From: Octopus vulgaris
Lineage: Eukaryota
DNA length: 64,000 nt
Assembly (NCBI GenBank): GCA_951406725.2
Contig: OX597833.1
Location: 57,908,001-57,972,000 of the forward strand
Direction of reading: 5' to 3'
The notes under the pieces are model-generated. The model was not told the origin of the DNA and searched no databases. It worked only from the letters and a program-made list of their open reading frames with translations. Shown piece by piece: positions 26,372 to 37,247 of this stretch. A program made the position numbers and the translations under genes. The first letter of the stretch is position 1, and every line of letters starts with the position of its first letter.

Positions 26372-26476
26372 AATGCAGGATGTTAGGATAGTAGTAGGAT
26401 GTTAAAATTGTCAAGTGATCAATTTTAGGTCACTTGACCATTCAACATCCTACTACTATCATAGCACACCCGCATT
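26372..26476. repeat. Imperfect palindrome or small foldback element (paralogs ~42625-42729, ~58883-58987)
   Basis: GATAGTAGTAGGATGTT..TGTCAAGTGA pairs with TCACTTGACCA..AACATCCTACTACTATC. Confidence 0.7.
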
Positions 26477-26962
26477 AATTTCCTCTTTAAGTTAAAACGT
26501 TTTGATAAATAACTAATGAGGTTTGGTTAGTGGAATGTTTACATGTTTTTATGGGAAGTGCAGGGAAGTAACGAGGGTCTGATGATAAGTTTATATGTAT
26601 TTTCTCTGTGATGTTTATTACATCGATTTCTTTTATGCCCCTTTAACTGAAAGTTACAACACTTCCACGTATGGCTACCCTGTTGAAAGACTTTGCTGCC
26701 TCAGTTGTTTGCTTGTGTCCCAGAAAAGAGGCAAACAATTTACAAGGGCCAAATATGCCATTCAGTTCTTTAGTGCTTTCATAATAAAATAGTATTAAAG
26801 TTTATCATCAAGACCTGTCACCGATGTTAAGTTACATCTGATGTAGAACCACCACAACAGCAGTAACTCTTAGATAGGACATTGCCAAAATACAGACACA
26901 TGAAATGTTCTGCACACTAATGAACACGAACTAATATAGTCTGCAAAGGAAACTAAAACTAT

Positions 26963-27067
<105 letters not shown>

Positions 27068-27699
27068 CATTGCCATTTAAATTGAGGAAAACTTTTTAAA
27101 TGTTTTGGAATTTCTGGCTTCATGTTTCCTGATAGTAAAATGTCGTCCTAACTTAGGTTATCGATCTTCAATGATTTACTTGGTGTCTTTTGTTTAAATT
27201 AGTAATTTTTGATTGTTACTTATAGAATTCCAATATTCCAACGATGTTTCAGTATAATGCAAAGGTTTCCAGTTTTACATCATCCCAATATGTAGTCACG
27301 ATTATCAAATGGAACTTTCAAGCAAAAGTATATCTCTAGATTCATTCTAATATTTTCTGCCACTTCTTCACTGTTTGGGGATGTTAAAATATGTCAAAAT
27401 GAAAGTTAGTTATGACGTCATCCTTTGAATGCTCTGACGTCATTTCAACGTTGGTTTCAGGGCCACATCCATAACAAAGGCAGTAATATTTCCTGTAGAA
27501 TTCTTTGCTACATTCAGCTTGTGTTTCAAAGAAAGGAGTAGTCTAAATTTATATGATTTTAAAAATTTAACAGTAGATAAACGTGTTTGGTATTACTTCA
27601 GAAAACGTGAGATATATAACAATGAATTTCAAAATATTGTTGAATATTATCAATAAAGAAAGGAATAAGGAAAGTATATTTATGAACACAATCTATCTT

Positions 27700-29181
27700 T
27701 TATAATTCACTCTTGTGAAGTATATTTTTGAACGCTTTGTCATTGGCAAGGTCTTCTACTGAGTGAATGAATTCCAAAACAAATTTTTTGTATTCAGTAT
27801 TTCCATTTCCATACTCATATAAATCAAGTATTATTTCCTTTATCTCCCAAATTTTTATCAGGTCTTTGTTGAAAGGAAGAAATTCTACAGCAGATTTAAG
27901 AGCCAGAACAAACCTATCCATTCCAGAACGTCTTAATTGATCTTTTTCTTCTTCATCATTTTTTTCATCTGCTTCTTTAAAATATAATCTTCCAAACAAA
28001 ATGTTAAAATTAACATCTTGCATTTTGTTATCTACTTTAAATCTTTCACAATACTTCCTGGCATTGTCATATTCTTTCAAAGAGATATATAATAAAATGA
28101 TATCAAAGAGTGTAACTGAACATTCATGAGAAAGTTCAAGAGCTTGTTGAAAGTGATATTCAGCTTTGTTGATTAACTCATTCCTTTCTCTAGGAGGAAT
28201 ACTTCGAACATGTTTTAAAACTTTCGCAAATACATTCGTTTCTTTTGAGAATTGTTTGTTCATTGGGACATATGTATATGTTGGTGTATCCATTCTTAGA
28301 TAAAGTGATCCAAGCCAATGATGAGAATATGATGTTGCTTTTATTTCAATTGCTTTTTCAAACAATTCTCTTCCTTGTTCAAGCTGATTTGAACGTAAAT
28401 AATGATAGGCACTTTTCTCCAAAACATAGCGGTCATCAGGGGAAATATGAAGAGCTCTCTGAAAATACACTTCACATGGTTGACTGAGAAGAAGACAAGG
28501 ACTATGTTTAAACAAACCAATCAATGCTAATGTTCTTCCCATTAGGGCCTTGTCAATATTGTGTGGAAAAGCACATTGTATTTTCTCTAAGTACTGTATT
28601 GATTCCTTAATATTTTCACGCATTTTCTCTTGATCCATGGTCTTTCTTAAACAACGATATTGCAACAAAGCAATAGAAAACATACACAGATAATCGTCTG
28701 GACAAACGTTGAGAGACTCTTTGTAAAGTTCGACAGCTCTTTCATGATCTTTAAAAGATATAGTAGCTAAACAATAAGCAACATTTCTTTTGCCTTCTGC
28801 TTCTATCAGCGAGAAATTTTCTCTTTCTTCAAGCTTGCTTAGATTATCCAAAAGGTTTCTTACCTCAGGGATATTTCCATTGTACAAATGAATGAATGCA
28901 AGGTTGGTTAATGCCACCAGGTTATCTGGCTTCTTTTCTCGAACTTCATTGGCTAATTTTTCAGCTGAAAATTTATCGTTCATCTGCCACAGAATATATA
29001 CTAGGACGTTCTTTTGACGAATCTCATCTTCTAAACCAAATGAGATATCATTACTTAACGAATTTTCTACTTTTTTAGAGAGAGATGACCAAACGTCTTT
29101 GGTTTTCTCAAAACTTTCTTCCATTACATTTGGAAATCTTTTAATTCTCTCCCTATACGATTCTCTTCTACTTCCTTCATC
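27700..29181 (-). CDS. IFIT-like tetratricopeptide-repeat protein, copy 2, exon 2 (493 aa, intact)
   Basis: Open 1482-nt frame preceded by a polypyrimidine acceptor TTTTTGTTTTTATTTCAG|GAT GAA. TPR helices and IFIT-like blocks include LVALTNLAFIHLYNG..E....LD, KDHERA..YKESLNVCP..A...YR, YFQRAL..YV....A..Y.R and TS.SHH.LG.LY. Confidence 0.9.
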   Translation of the reverse strand, partial: DEGSRRESYRERIKRFPNVMEESFEKTKDVWSSLSKKVENSLSNDISFGLEDEIRQKNVLVYILWQMNDKFSAEKLANEVREKKPDNLVALTNLAFIHLYNGNIPEVRNLLDNLSKLEERENFSLIEAEGKRNVAYCLATISFKDHERAVELYKESLNVCPDDYLCMFSIALLQYRCLRKTMDQEKMRENIKESIQYLEKIQCAFPHNIDKALMGRTLALIGLFKHSPCLLLSQPCEVYFQRALHISPDDRYVLEKSAYHYLRSNQLEQGRELFEKAIEIKATSYSHHWLGSLYLRMDTPTYTYVPMNKQFSKETNVFAKVLKHVRSIPPRERNELINKAEYHFQQALELSHECSVTLFDIILLYISLKEYDNARKYCERFKVDNKMQDVNFNILFGRLYFKEADEKNDEEEKDQLRRSGMDRFVLALKSAVEFLPFNKDLIKIWEIKEIILDLYEYGNGNTEYKKFVLEFIHSVEDLANDKAFKNILHKSEL

Positions 29182-29428
29182 CTGAAATAAAAACAAAAAG
29201 ATTGCGTATGAAATATGATATCACACATTATCATTGACAAAAAAATATTCTCCAATTTTCGATTTTTAGTTAATGAAACAATGTCAAACCTTCCTAGACT
29301 GATACGGTTGATGTAGTGGCTGAGCATTTTGGATTCGAAGGTTCGATGTTTTGAATATACGCACAGAAAACTGAGCGTAAATACGTGAGAGAACAATGTA
29401 AGGGGTGTGTTTAACAGAGTGATAAATG

Positions 29429-29469
<41 letters not shown>

Positions 29470-29573
29470 ACAACAACAACAACAATAACATGATGGTCAG
29501 GCTGTTGCAGATCACTTATAATATGTAATATAATATGATATAACACTCTCTCACACACACATACACACACGCG

Positions 29574-30803
29574 CAAAAATAATGGAAACACCTAGCATCA
29601 TAACATCATAATTTTGAGATATTTATAAAACCGTCAAAACGTTTTTTGATTTATTATTAGTGTTGCTTAATATGTTTTGCTAAAATTGCTTTTTCTTTTC
29701 AGATTTCATCAAAATAAGGTAATTAAAATTCATTAAGATGACAGATCAATCAGACTTTCAAAGCGGTCAAATTGTTGGTGCTCGTATAGCAGGCGCTAGC
29801 GTAACGAAAACAGCTGAAATGTTTGGTGTATCAAGAAGTCTTGAAAGTAATGACAGCCTTTGAGAAAGAGGAAAAAACCTCCTCGTTGAAACAAAACTCC
29901 AGAAGGAAACCAAAACTTCCAGATAGGGATCGTTGGATTCTTATGCGAATTATTAGAAAGAATCACAAAAGTACAGCTCCCTAAATTACTGTAGAGCTTA
30001 ATGACCACTTCGAGAACCCAGTTTCCACAAGAACAGTTCGCCGGGAGCTACAAAAGGCAGGATTTCAAGGGAGGGCTACAGTCAAGAAAACCACTACTTT
30101 CAAAAACAAACATTGCAAAGCGTTTAGAGTGGAGTAAAAATCTACAGAATTGGTCCCCAGAGCAGTGGATGAATGTTATTTTCTCGGACGAGTCATCCTT
30201 TACCTTTTTTCCGACCACCGAGTGTACTTGTGGAGTCACCCAAAAGAAGCATTTGACCCAGATTGCTTTCTTCTATTAAACATGGAAGAGGATCTGCAAT
30301 GATGAGCTTTGGGGGCTATATCTTGAAAATCCGCTGGCCCAATGATTTTCCTTCATGGCAGAATTAATAGTCATGACTATTTAAGCATTTTATCTGATCA
30401 AATTCATCCAGTGGTTGCAGAACTGTTTCCGGAGCGAAATGCAATTTTTCAGAATGATAATGCACAAATTCACACAGCTAAAGTTGTTACTGAATGGTAC
30501 GAGGAACATTTTAGTGAGGTTGAACATCTTATATGGCCACCACAGTCCCCAAGTCTCAATATTATTGAACACTTATTGGTGCATTTTAGAAAAATAAGGA
30601 AGGAGCCGATATCCTCCACTACCATCACTACAAGAACTGGAGACTGTTTGAACAAAAATTCCTTTGGAAGAATTCAAACTTTGTACAAGTCCATATCTTG
30701 TAGAATTCAACTTGTAATTACTGCCAAATATCAAAATTACTGCCATATTAAAATAAATTTGTTTGAAATGTTAAGGTGTTTCCATTATTTTGTCTAAACA
30801 CTG
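29574..30803 (+). mobile_element. Tc1/mariner transposon, decayed (copy 2 intron)
   Basis: VIFSDESSF, FQNDNAQIH and WPPQSPSLNIIE in broken frames, with TIRs. Confidence 0.9.
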
Positions 30804-30966
30804 TGTAGGCTGAAACTGAAATCGCCGCACATTGAAACCGAACCCAGTAGCAATGGGTTGAGAAACAACTTTTTTACCTCACAACTACGCCTATAAGTAT
30901 ATAACACACACATATACACGCACACATACACTCGCACCTACACACTTATACATATTCATATATACA

Positions 30967-30997
<31 letters not shown>

Positions 30998-31640
30998 CTC
31001 CGAAAAGCAGCGAAATTATATAATTCTGTACAATTAATCTCTCTCTATATAAAGCTAAAGTTGTCTGTGTATGGCAGGTTTGGTAGCCTTCAACTAACAC
31101 TATCTCCTCCGAGACCCTGCGGCACAAGTTGACCAAAATTGAGAGTATGTGCTTTTTTTCTATGAAAATCCTTATTTTTGACGATTTTTTGACTGCTCTG
31201 TCGCCATTTTTCGGTGTATTTCAACCAGAAAAATGTTCACTTAAAGAGAATAACAAGCTACATAATGCAAAATTTTTACTTTTCAAAAGTGCCAATTCTA
31301 AAGGGTCGAAAGAAACCCGAGCAACGCCGGGTTATACTGCCAGTCTTCTATAAAATTGCATCACTATACTAAAAACTTAGAGATATAAACGCTGCCCTCG
31401 ATTTTAATACAGAGAAAAGGAATTTTACAATTTCATTTCAAGGGAAATAACTCAGTTAAACACACGTTTATATTGTCTCCCGTGTTTTATTAATCATGGC
31501 AACCTTTCCTTAACTATCATACACAAACCATAAAAGATTTATTTCCCTTCGATGTTCATTTTTTTTTCTCACGAAAACACGACAGAAAATGAATCTTTTT
31601 GATTGCTGTTGTAGCGGTCATAAGACTTTATCAGCAGCTT

Positions 31641-32070
31641 GGGATCTTTTCGGTTTGAACGGCAGTTTTTTTCTAGCGGTATCATATGAAATTGTCACCC
31701 ATAATTATGACCCTAGTATCGATCTATTGCATTTCAATCTCTTTTAGGGTTAGGGTTAGGGTCAGGGTTAAGGGTGGGGGAAGGGTATCTTTTTTTTCTT
31801 CACAAGTAAATTAACCCAATCTGTTTCTTAAACGAGGGACATATTCATACGGCACACAATGCTTTTTAACTCAATAGACGTCACTGATTGGTTGAAATTG
31901 CAGAAATTGAAGGCTAAAAACAACAAATATCTTACAAACAATAGAATTTTCTAAATAAAGTCAAGAGAAAACGATGTTTTATAAACACATTCTACCAGTA
32001 TACGAAGTTTAAAATTTTTTAGTTACCTAGAAATTATTTTAAAAACTGCCGTTCAAACCGAAAAGATCCC
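31641..32070. mobile_element. MITE with an internal TTAGGG-like tract (paralog 47878-48310)
   Basis: Same TIRs as 11253-11541, with internal TTAGGGTTAGGGTTAGGGTCAGGG. Confidence 0.88.
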
Positions 32071-32249
32071 AGGGAGTTTTTGACCTCTAATTGCTTGGGT
32101 AATTGCTTGGATAATATCAGGTTATCAAATTTATCATAGGTTCGAAAAGAAATTGGATCAGTTATTTAGAAAATTTGAAACTTTTCTATTGTGGAAACAT
32201 TCTACGTAAGAAGTATTTCTCAAGTTGACAATGGATAAGATTGAAGACA

Positions 32250-32310
<61 letters not shown>

Positions 32311-32424
32311 GGTATGTGTTTGTTTGTGTGTGTATAAGTGTGTTTTTGTGAGCGTTCGCCTGATCGAGTGTGTGTGTGTCTGTGACTATAGGTGTGACTG
32401 TATGCAAGTGCGTCTCTGATTCTG

Positions 32425-32468
<44 letters not shown>

Positions 32469-33497
32469 TGTATGAGTGTGTATGGTGTGTGAGTGTGCGC
32501 ACTCCCGATCGAGTGTGTGTATGTCTGTGACTGTATGCGTGTGCGTCTCTGACTGTGTGTGTGTGTGTGTGTGTGTGTGCACGCGCGCACCCTTTACCAT
32601 TACTCGACTGTGTGCGTGCGTGAGTATGTATACCCCACTGTAGATTCTGGAGAACGTGTGAGAGTGTATATACACTTGTCTGTGTGTGACTAGTGTATGT
32701 GTGTTTAATGAAACTGAAAAACCATTTAAATAAACAATGGAATTCATTTTCCCCACAACAATTTCGAAAGCTAATAACTAGATGATGCTACGCTACCAAA
32801 TCAATGATCGGTTATTCTTCTCTTATTATGGTTGCGTTATGATAAAATTCTAAAATTTGGTTTCAAATGTGGCTACTTACCATTGGCAAGCTATTTATTT
32901 CATTAGAATTTGCCACGAGGGCAGTACATAGATGAGTAGCTGCGGGCTGGTCAAAAGCATCAATGAGATGAGGATGATAAGGATGAACAAAAATAGGAAG
33001 GCCACTGGCACCCGCCGACCAATAACCCCTCGAATACAAAGTTTCTTTGCTAAAATTTATTACAACACAAATTTTTACAACAAAAAATTTTACACCAAAA
33101 AATTTTTACAACAAAATTTTTACAACAAAAATTTTCTTACAATTTTCTTTGTCAGGTCCCCCGAACTAATTGAACTGCCACCTGCAGACAACTCTGCATC
33201 GACAGGTCGGGGCCTGAAAAGAGAAAAGCGAATTCTTTCTTGTCAAAGGTCGCTGTGACCTTTGACAAAGTTTTTTCCGTGACCGCTTCCGCAGCCACTT
33301 ACCACACAGTCAGTCCTATTGTGCATTTGGGGAGTGTATTTTGCCTTGTGTACATACATGTGTGTGTGAGTGTGTGCATGAATGTATGTATGTATGTATG
33401 TATATATTTATAGATTGAAGGCTTCGAATGATTTGTCTGTGTTCCGTGTTTGTCCCTTCCTGTATTTCACGTTCTTTATATATAAAACATTTATTCT

Positions 33498-33532
<35 letters not shown>

Positions 33533-33625
33533 TATATAATTAGGGCTTAGTAAAATAAATTACTTTATATGTACATAAATATATACATACATACATTCAT
33601 GCACACACTCACACACACATGTATT

Positions 33626-33674
<49 letters not shown>

Positions 33675-33677
<3 letters not shown>

Positions 33678-34047
33678 CGCAGGAGTGGCTGTGTGGTAAG
33701 TAGCTTGCTTAACAACCACATGATTCCGGGTTCAGTCCCACTGCATGGCATCTTGGGCGCAAGTGTCTTCTACTATAGCCTTGTGATTTGGTAGACGGAA
33801 ACTGAAAGAAGCCCGTCGTATATATGTATATATATATATCTGTGTGTATTTGTGTGTCTGTGCTTGACAACCGATGCTGGTGTGTTTATGTCCCCGTTAC
33901 TTAGTGGTTCGGCAAAAGAGACCTATAGAATAAGTACTGGGCTTACAAAAGAATAAGTCCCGGTGTGGAGTTGCTCGATTAAAGGCGGTGCTCTAGCATG
34001 GCTGCGGTCAAATGACTGAAACAAGTAAAAGAGTAAAAGAGAGAGTA
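33675..34047 (+). mobile_element. SINE, near full length, intronic next to the exon-1 donor (paralog 49917-50289)
   Basis: AGGCGCAGGAGTGGCTGTGTGG head and GAGTAAAA tail. Confidence 0.87.
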
Positions 34048-34093
34048 TAGGGTGTACATTTGTTCATGTGAGTGTATATATTGATATACTCAC

Positions 34094-34144
34094 CAGTAGA
34101 ATTTCCTGCATTTTCCCAGTTATTTTCTGCATTTCTTCAGCCAT
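34094..34144 (-). CDS. IFIT-like gene copy 2, first coding exon (MAEEMQKITGKMQEILL)
   Basis: ATG at 34144-34142 (context GGAATGG), 17 codons, then a consensus donor CTG|GTGAGT. Phase 0 matches the phase-0 acceptor at 29181. The predicted intron is 29182-34093. Confidence 0.8.
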
Positions 34145-34321
34145 TCCTTTATAGCTGTGTGTGTATAAAAAGGCAAATTTTCTTTGGACAACAAAATCTG
34201 TACGTTTTCTTTTTGTGAAATTATGCTTTCTGTTGTATTCGTGAAGTGAAGAAAGGTCAATTTGTAGATATGATATAATGAATAATAACAGTCAATATCT
34301 ATATCCAATCTCTATCCAAGC

Positions 34322-34930
34322 TTCTCAGAAGGGTAAATATATGGCAACGAATATTATATACAGAGACTGTGTCACTTTTTGTGCAAGTGTTCCTTTCTGG
34401 AAACCAGGTCCTATAGGAATGCTGGAAGTTGTGAAGGGATTAATAAAGTAAAATAGTCGAGATTGAAGAAGTAAAATAATTCAGAAATAATAAACTGTTT
34501 TGGGAGTCTCAGAAAATAATAACAACGCCCGTTAATGTCACCAACTAAATGAGTAAAAGTGAAAGACTTCTCTGAAAACACGTCACATCCGGATTGACCT
34601 TCCCGAATTCTGGTGAATCGGAATTACGTGTCAAAAGTGGATGTAAAACATCTCTCTATTGTTATGTCAGATACTTTCACTTTAATATTGAAACAATTAA
34701 AATGAAACTATTATGTAACAGGGATGAACTGTAACTGGACATACATTCTGCTAGACTTGCTTAGGGTCCATGTAGTGTCATGAGAAAAAAAAATTTAACT
34801 TCTTGCCTAGGGCGAGCCAACAGCAATATCGTATCCTCTCTACTATTTCAGTATTACGTGTCAAAATCGAAAGAAAAACATTTCTCTGTTGTAATGTCAG
34901 ATACTTTCACTTAAATACTGAAACTATTAT
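34322..34930 (-). promoter_or_regulatory. Putative promoter of copy 2 with IRF-E/ISRE-like and GAS-like motifs
   Basis: GAS-like TTCN3GAA motifs: TTCTCAGAA 34322-34330 and TTCTCTGAA 34568-34576. IRF-type motifs: AAAAGTGAAAG 34555-34565, ACTTTCACTTT 34673-34683, AAAATCGAAAG 34863-34873 and ACTTTCACTT 34903-34912. A TATA-like TATATAA lies on the minus strand at ~34354-34360. These are motif matches only. Confidence 0.5.
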
Positions 34931-35164
34931 ATAACAGGGATGAACTGTAACTGGACATCCATTCTGCTAGAAGAAGATCCGCCATGGTCTTATATGCTAC
35001 ACCACTGGTTTTAAATTTTTACTAATCAAATTAATATTCAATTTTTTACTCTTATTATTTTAAATATAAATTTACATGTATATATATATATATATATATA
35101 CATGTATACATATAGATGTATATATATAGAGAGATGTATATATTTATCTGTATGTATATGTATA

Positions 35165-35468
35165 TCTTTCTATATAAAATTCAAGTTGTGTGTGTGAGAC
35201 TCTGTCTCCTGCAATTTTGATTCCCAAATACTCCCACATTTTGCGGTGCAATTTAGCCAAAAGCGGGTATGTTATAGTCGTCATTCATATTGAACCCTTC
35301 TGCGTATTAGCGCCAATCTACGATGAGTTTACGATTTTAAAAAAATTTACCATCATTTCTTCGAATTTTTAATGATTTTTGCTCGGGTTATATAAGGAAG
35401 TAACTCTCTAAAATGCTTATATAGTTATTTCCTTTACAATGCCGAGCAAAGCCGGGCGATACTGCTAG
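35165..35468 (+). mobile_element. Non-autonomous Helitron-type element (paralog 51412-51716; fragment at ~22000-22088)
   Basis: Starts A|TCTTTCTATATAAA and ends GCCGAGCAAAGCCGGGC...CTAG|T. Confidence 0.7.
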
Positions 35469-35491
35469 TATATATATATATATATATATAT

Positions 35492-36638
35492 CTGTTTTAG
35501 GGTTAGAGTTAGGGTTGGGGGTTGGGTTAGGGTTAGTGTTAAGGTTAGGGTTAGGGTTTAGGTTAGGGTTAGGAGTGGGGGGAAGGGTAGCTTTTTTATT
35601 TCAGAAATGTAAATAAAACCAATCTGTTTCTTAAACGAGGGACATTTTCGTATTTCAACGCCAGAAAATTTTACGGCAGATAATGTTTTCACCTCAATAG
35701 ACGTCATTGATTGGTTGAAATTGCCAAAATTGAAGAAAACATCTTACCAATATCTTACAAGCTACAGAATTTTTTCCAGAAAGCCAAGAGAAAGAGATGG
35801 GATGTTTTCGGTTTGAACGGCAGTTTTTTTCTAGCATGTCATATGAAATTGTCACCGTAATTATGACCCTAGTATCGATCTATTGCATTTCAATCTCTTT
35901 TAGGGTTAGGGTTAGGGGTGGAAGAAGGGTATCTATTTTTCTTCACAAATGTAAATAAACCCAATCTGGGACATATTCATACCGCACAGAATGTTTTCAG
36001 CTCAATAGACATCATTGATTGGTTGAAATTGCAGAAATTGAAGGAAAAAAACAACAAATATCTTACAAACTATAGAATTTTCTCAAGAAAGCCAAGAGAA
36101 AAAGATGTTTTATAAACACATTCTACCAGAATACGAAGTTGAAAAGTGTTTAGTTACTCTCTCTCTCTTTTACTCTTTTACTTTTTCAGTCATTTGACTG
36201 CGGCCATGCTGGAGCACCGCCTTTAATCGAGCAACTCCCCGGGACTTATTCTTTTGTAAGCCCAGTACTTATTCTATAGGTCTCTTTTGCCGAACCGCTA
36301 AGTGACGGGGACTTAGACACACCAGCATCGGTTGTCAAGCAATGCTAGGGTGGAAAACACGGACACACAAACATACACACACACATATACACATATATAC
36401 ATATATACGTCAAGCATCTTTCAGTTTCCGTCTACCAAATCCACTCACAAGGCTTTGGTCGGCCCGAGGCTATAGTAGAAGACACTTGCCCAAGGTGCCA
36501 CACAGTGGGACTGAACCTGGAAGCATGTGGTTGGTAAACAAGCTACTTACCATGTGGTTGGTAAACAAGCTACTTACCACACAGCAACTCCTACGTGGGA
36601 ATTATTTTTGAAAACTGCCGTTCAAACCGAAAAGATGC
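35492..36638. mobile_element. Nested TTAGGG-type MITE copies with a SINE inside (paralog ~51740-52886)
   Basis: Partial MITE body 35492-35797 with a degenerate (TTAGGG)n, then a second copy with TIRs at 35799 and ~36610-36638. Confidence 0.75.
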
Positions 36639-36949
36639 AATGTCATTTATAAACGAGTAACCTGGATACGTTTATTAAATACCTAGAAACCAGAAACAAC
36701 TAAAAACGAAACGGAAAGCAAATAGTGATTCATATAAATTCCTCGAATATTATCAAATTAGAAAAAAAAAGACATATTTAAATAGGCGTAGGAGTGGCTT
36801 TGAGTTAAGTAGCTTGGTTACGAACTACATGGTTCCGAGTTCAGTCCCACTGCGTGGCACCTTGGGCAACTGTCTTCTACTATAGCTTCGGGCCAACCAA
36901 ATACTTGTGAATGGATTTGGTAGACGGAAACTGAAAGAAGCCCGTCGTA

Positions 36950-37032
<83 letters not shown>

Positions 37033-37169
37033 ATGCGTTTGTCGTCCCAACATCGCTTCACAACCGATGCTGGTGTGTTTACATCCCCGTAACTTAGCGG
37101 TTCGTAACTAATTGGTAAAATCATTGATTTATAATTAATTGATTAATTTTACCCTTTTTTATTATTGAT

Positions 37170-37247
<78 letters not shown>

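Noticed and set aside
29124-29591. ~155-aa poly-Asp ORF repeated in each unit (also 8677-9141, 45375-45830, 61619-62083)
   Set aside because: It is intronic sequence read through (CA)n and (ATC)n microsatellites, starts at a non-ATG codon in the Tc1 TIR, and is out of frame with the TPR exon.
33045-33145. Short AAAATTTTTACAAC tandem repeats as a CRISPR-like array
   Set aside because: There are no unique spacers. It is a low-complexity minisatellite in eukaryotic DNA.
33675-33750. tRNA gene
   Set aside because: It is the tRNA-like head of a SINE, continues into the SINE body and tail, and has no complete cloverleaf.
35497-35582. Telomere or interstitial telomere
   Set aside because: Short and degenerate, and embedded in a MITE body that recurs with the same flanks.
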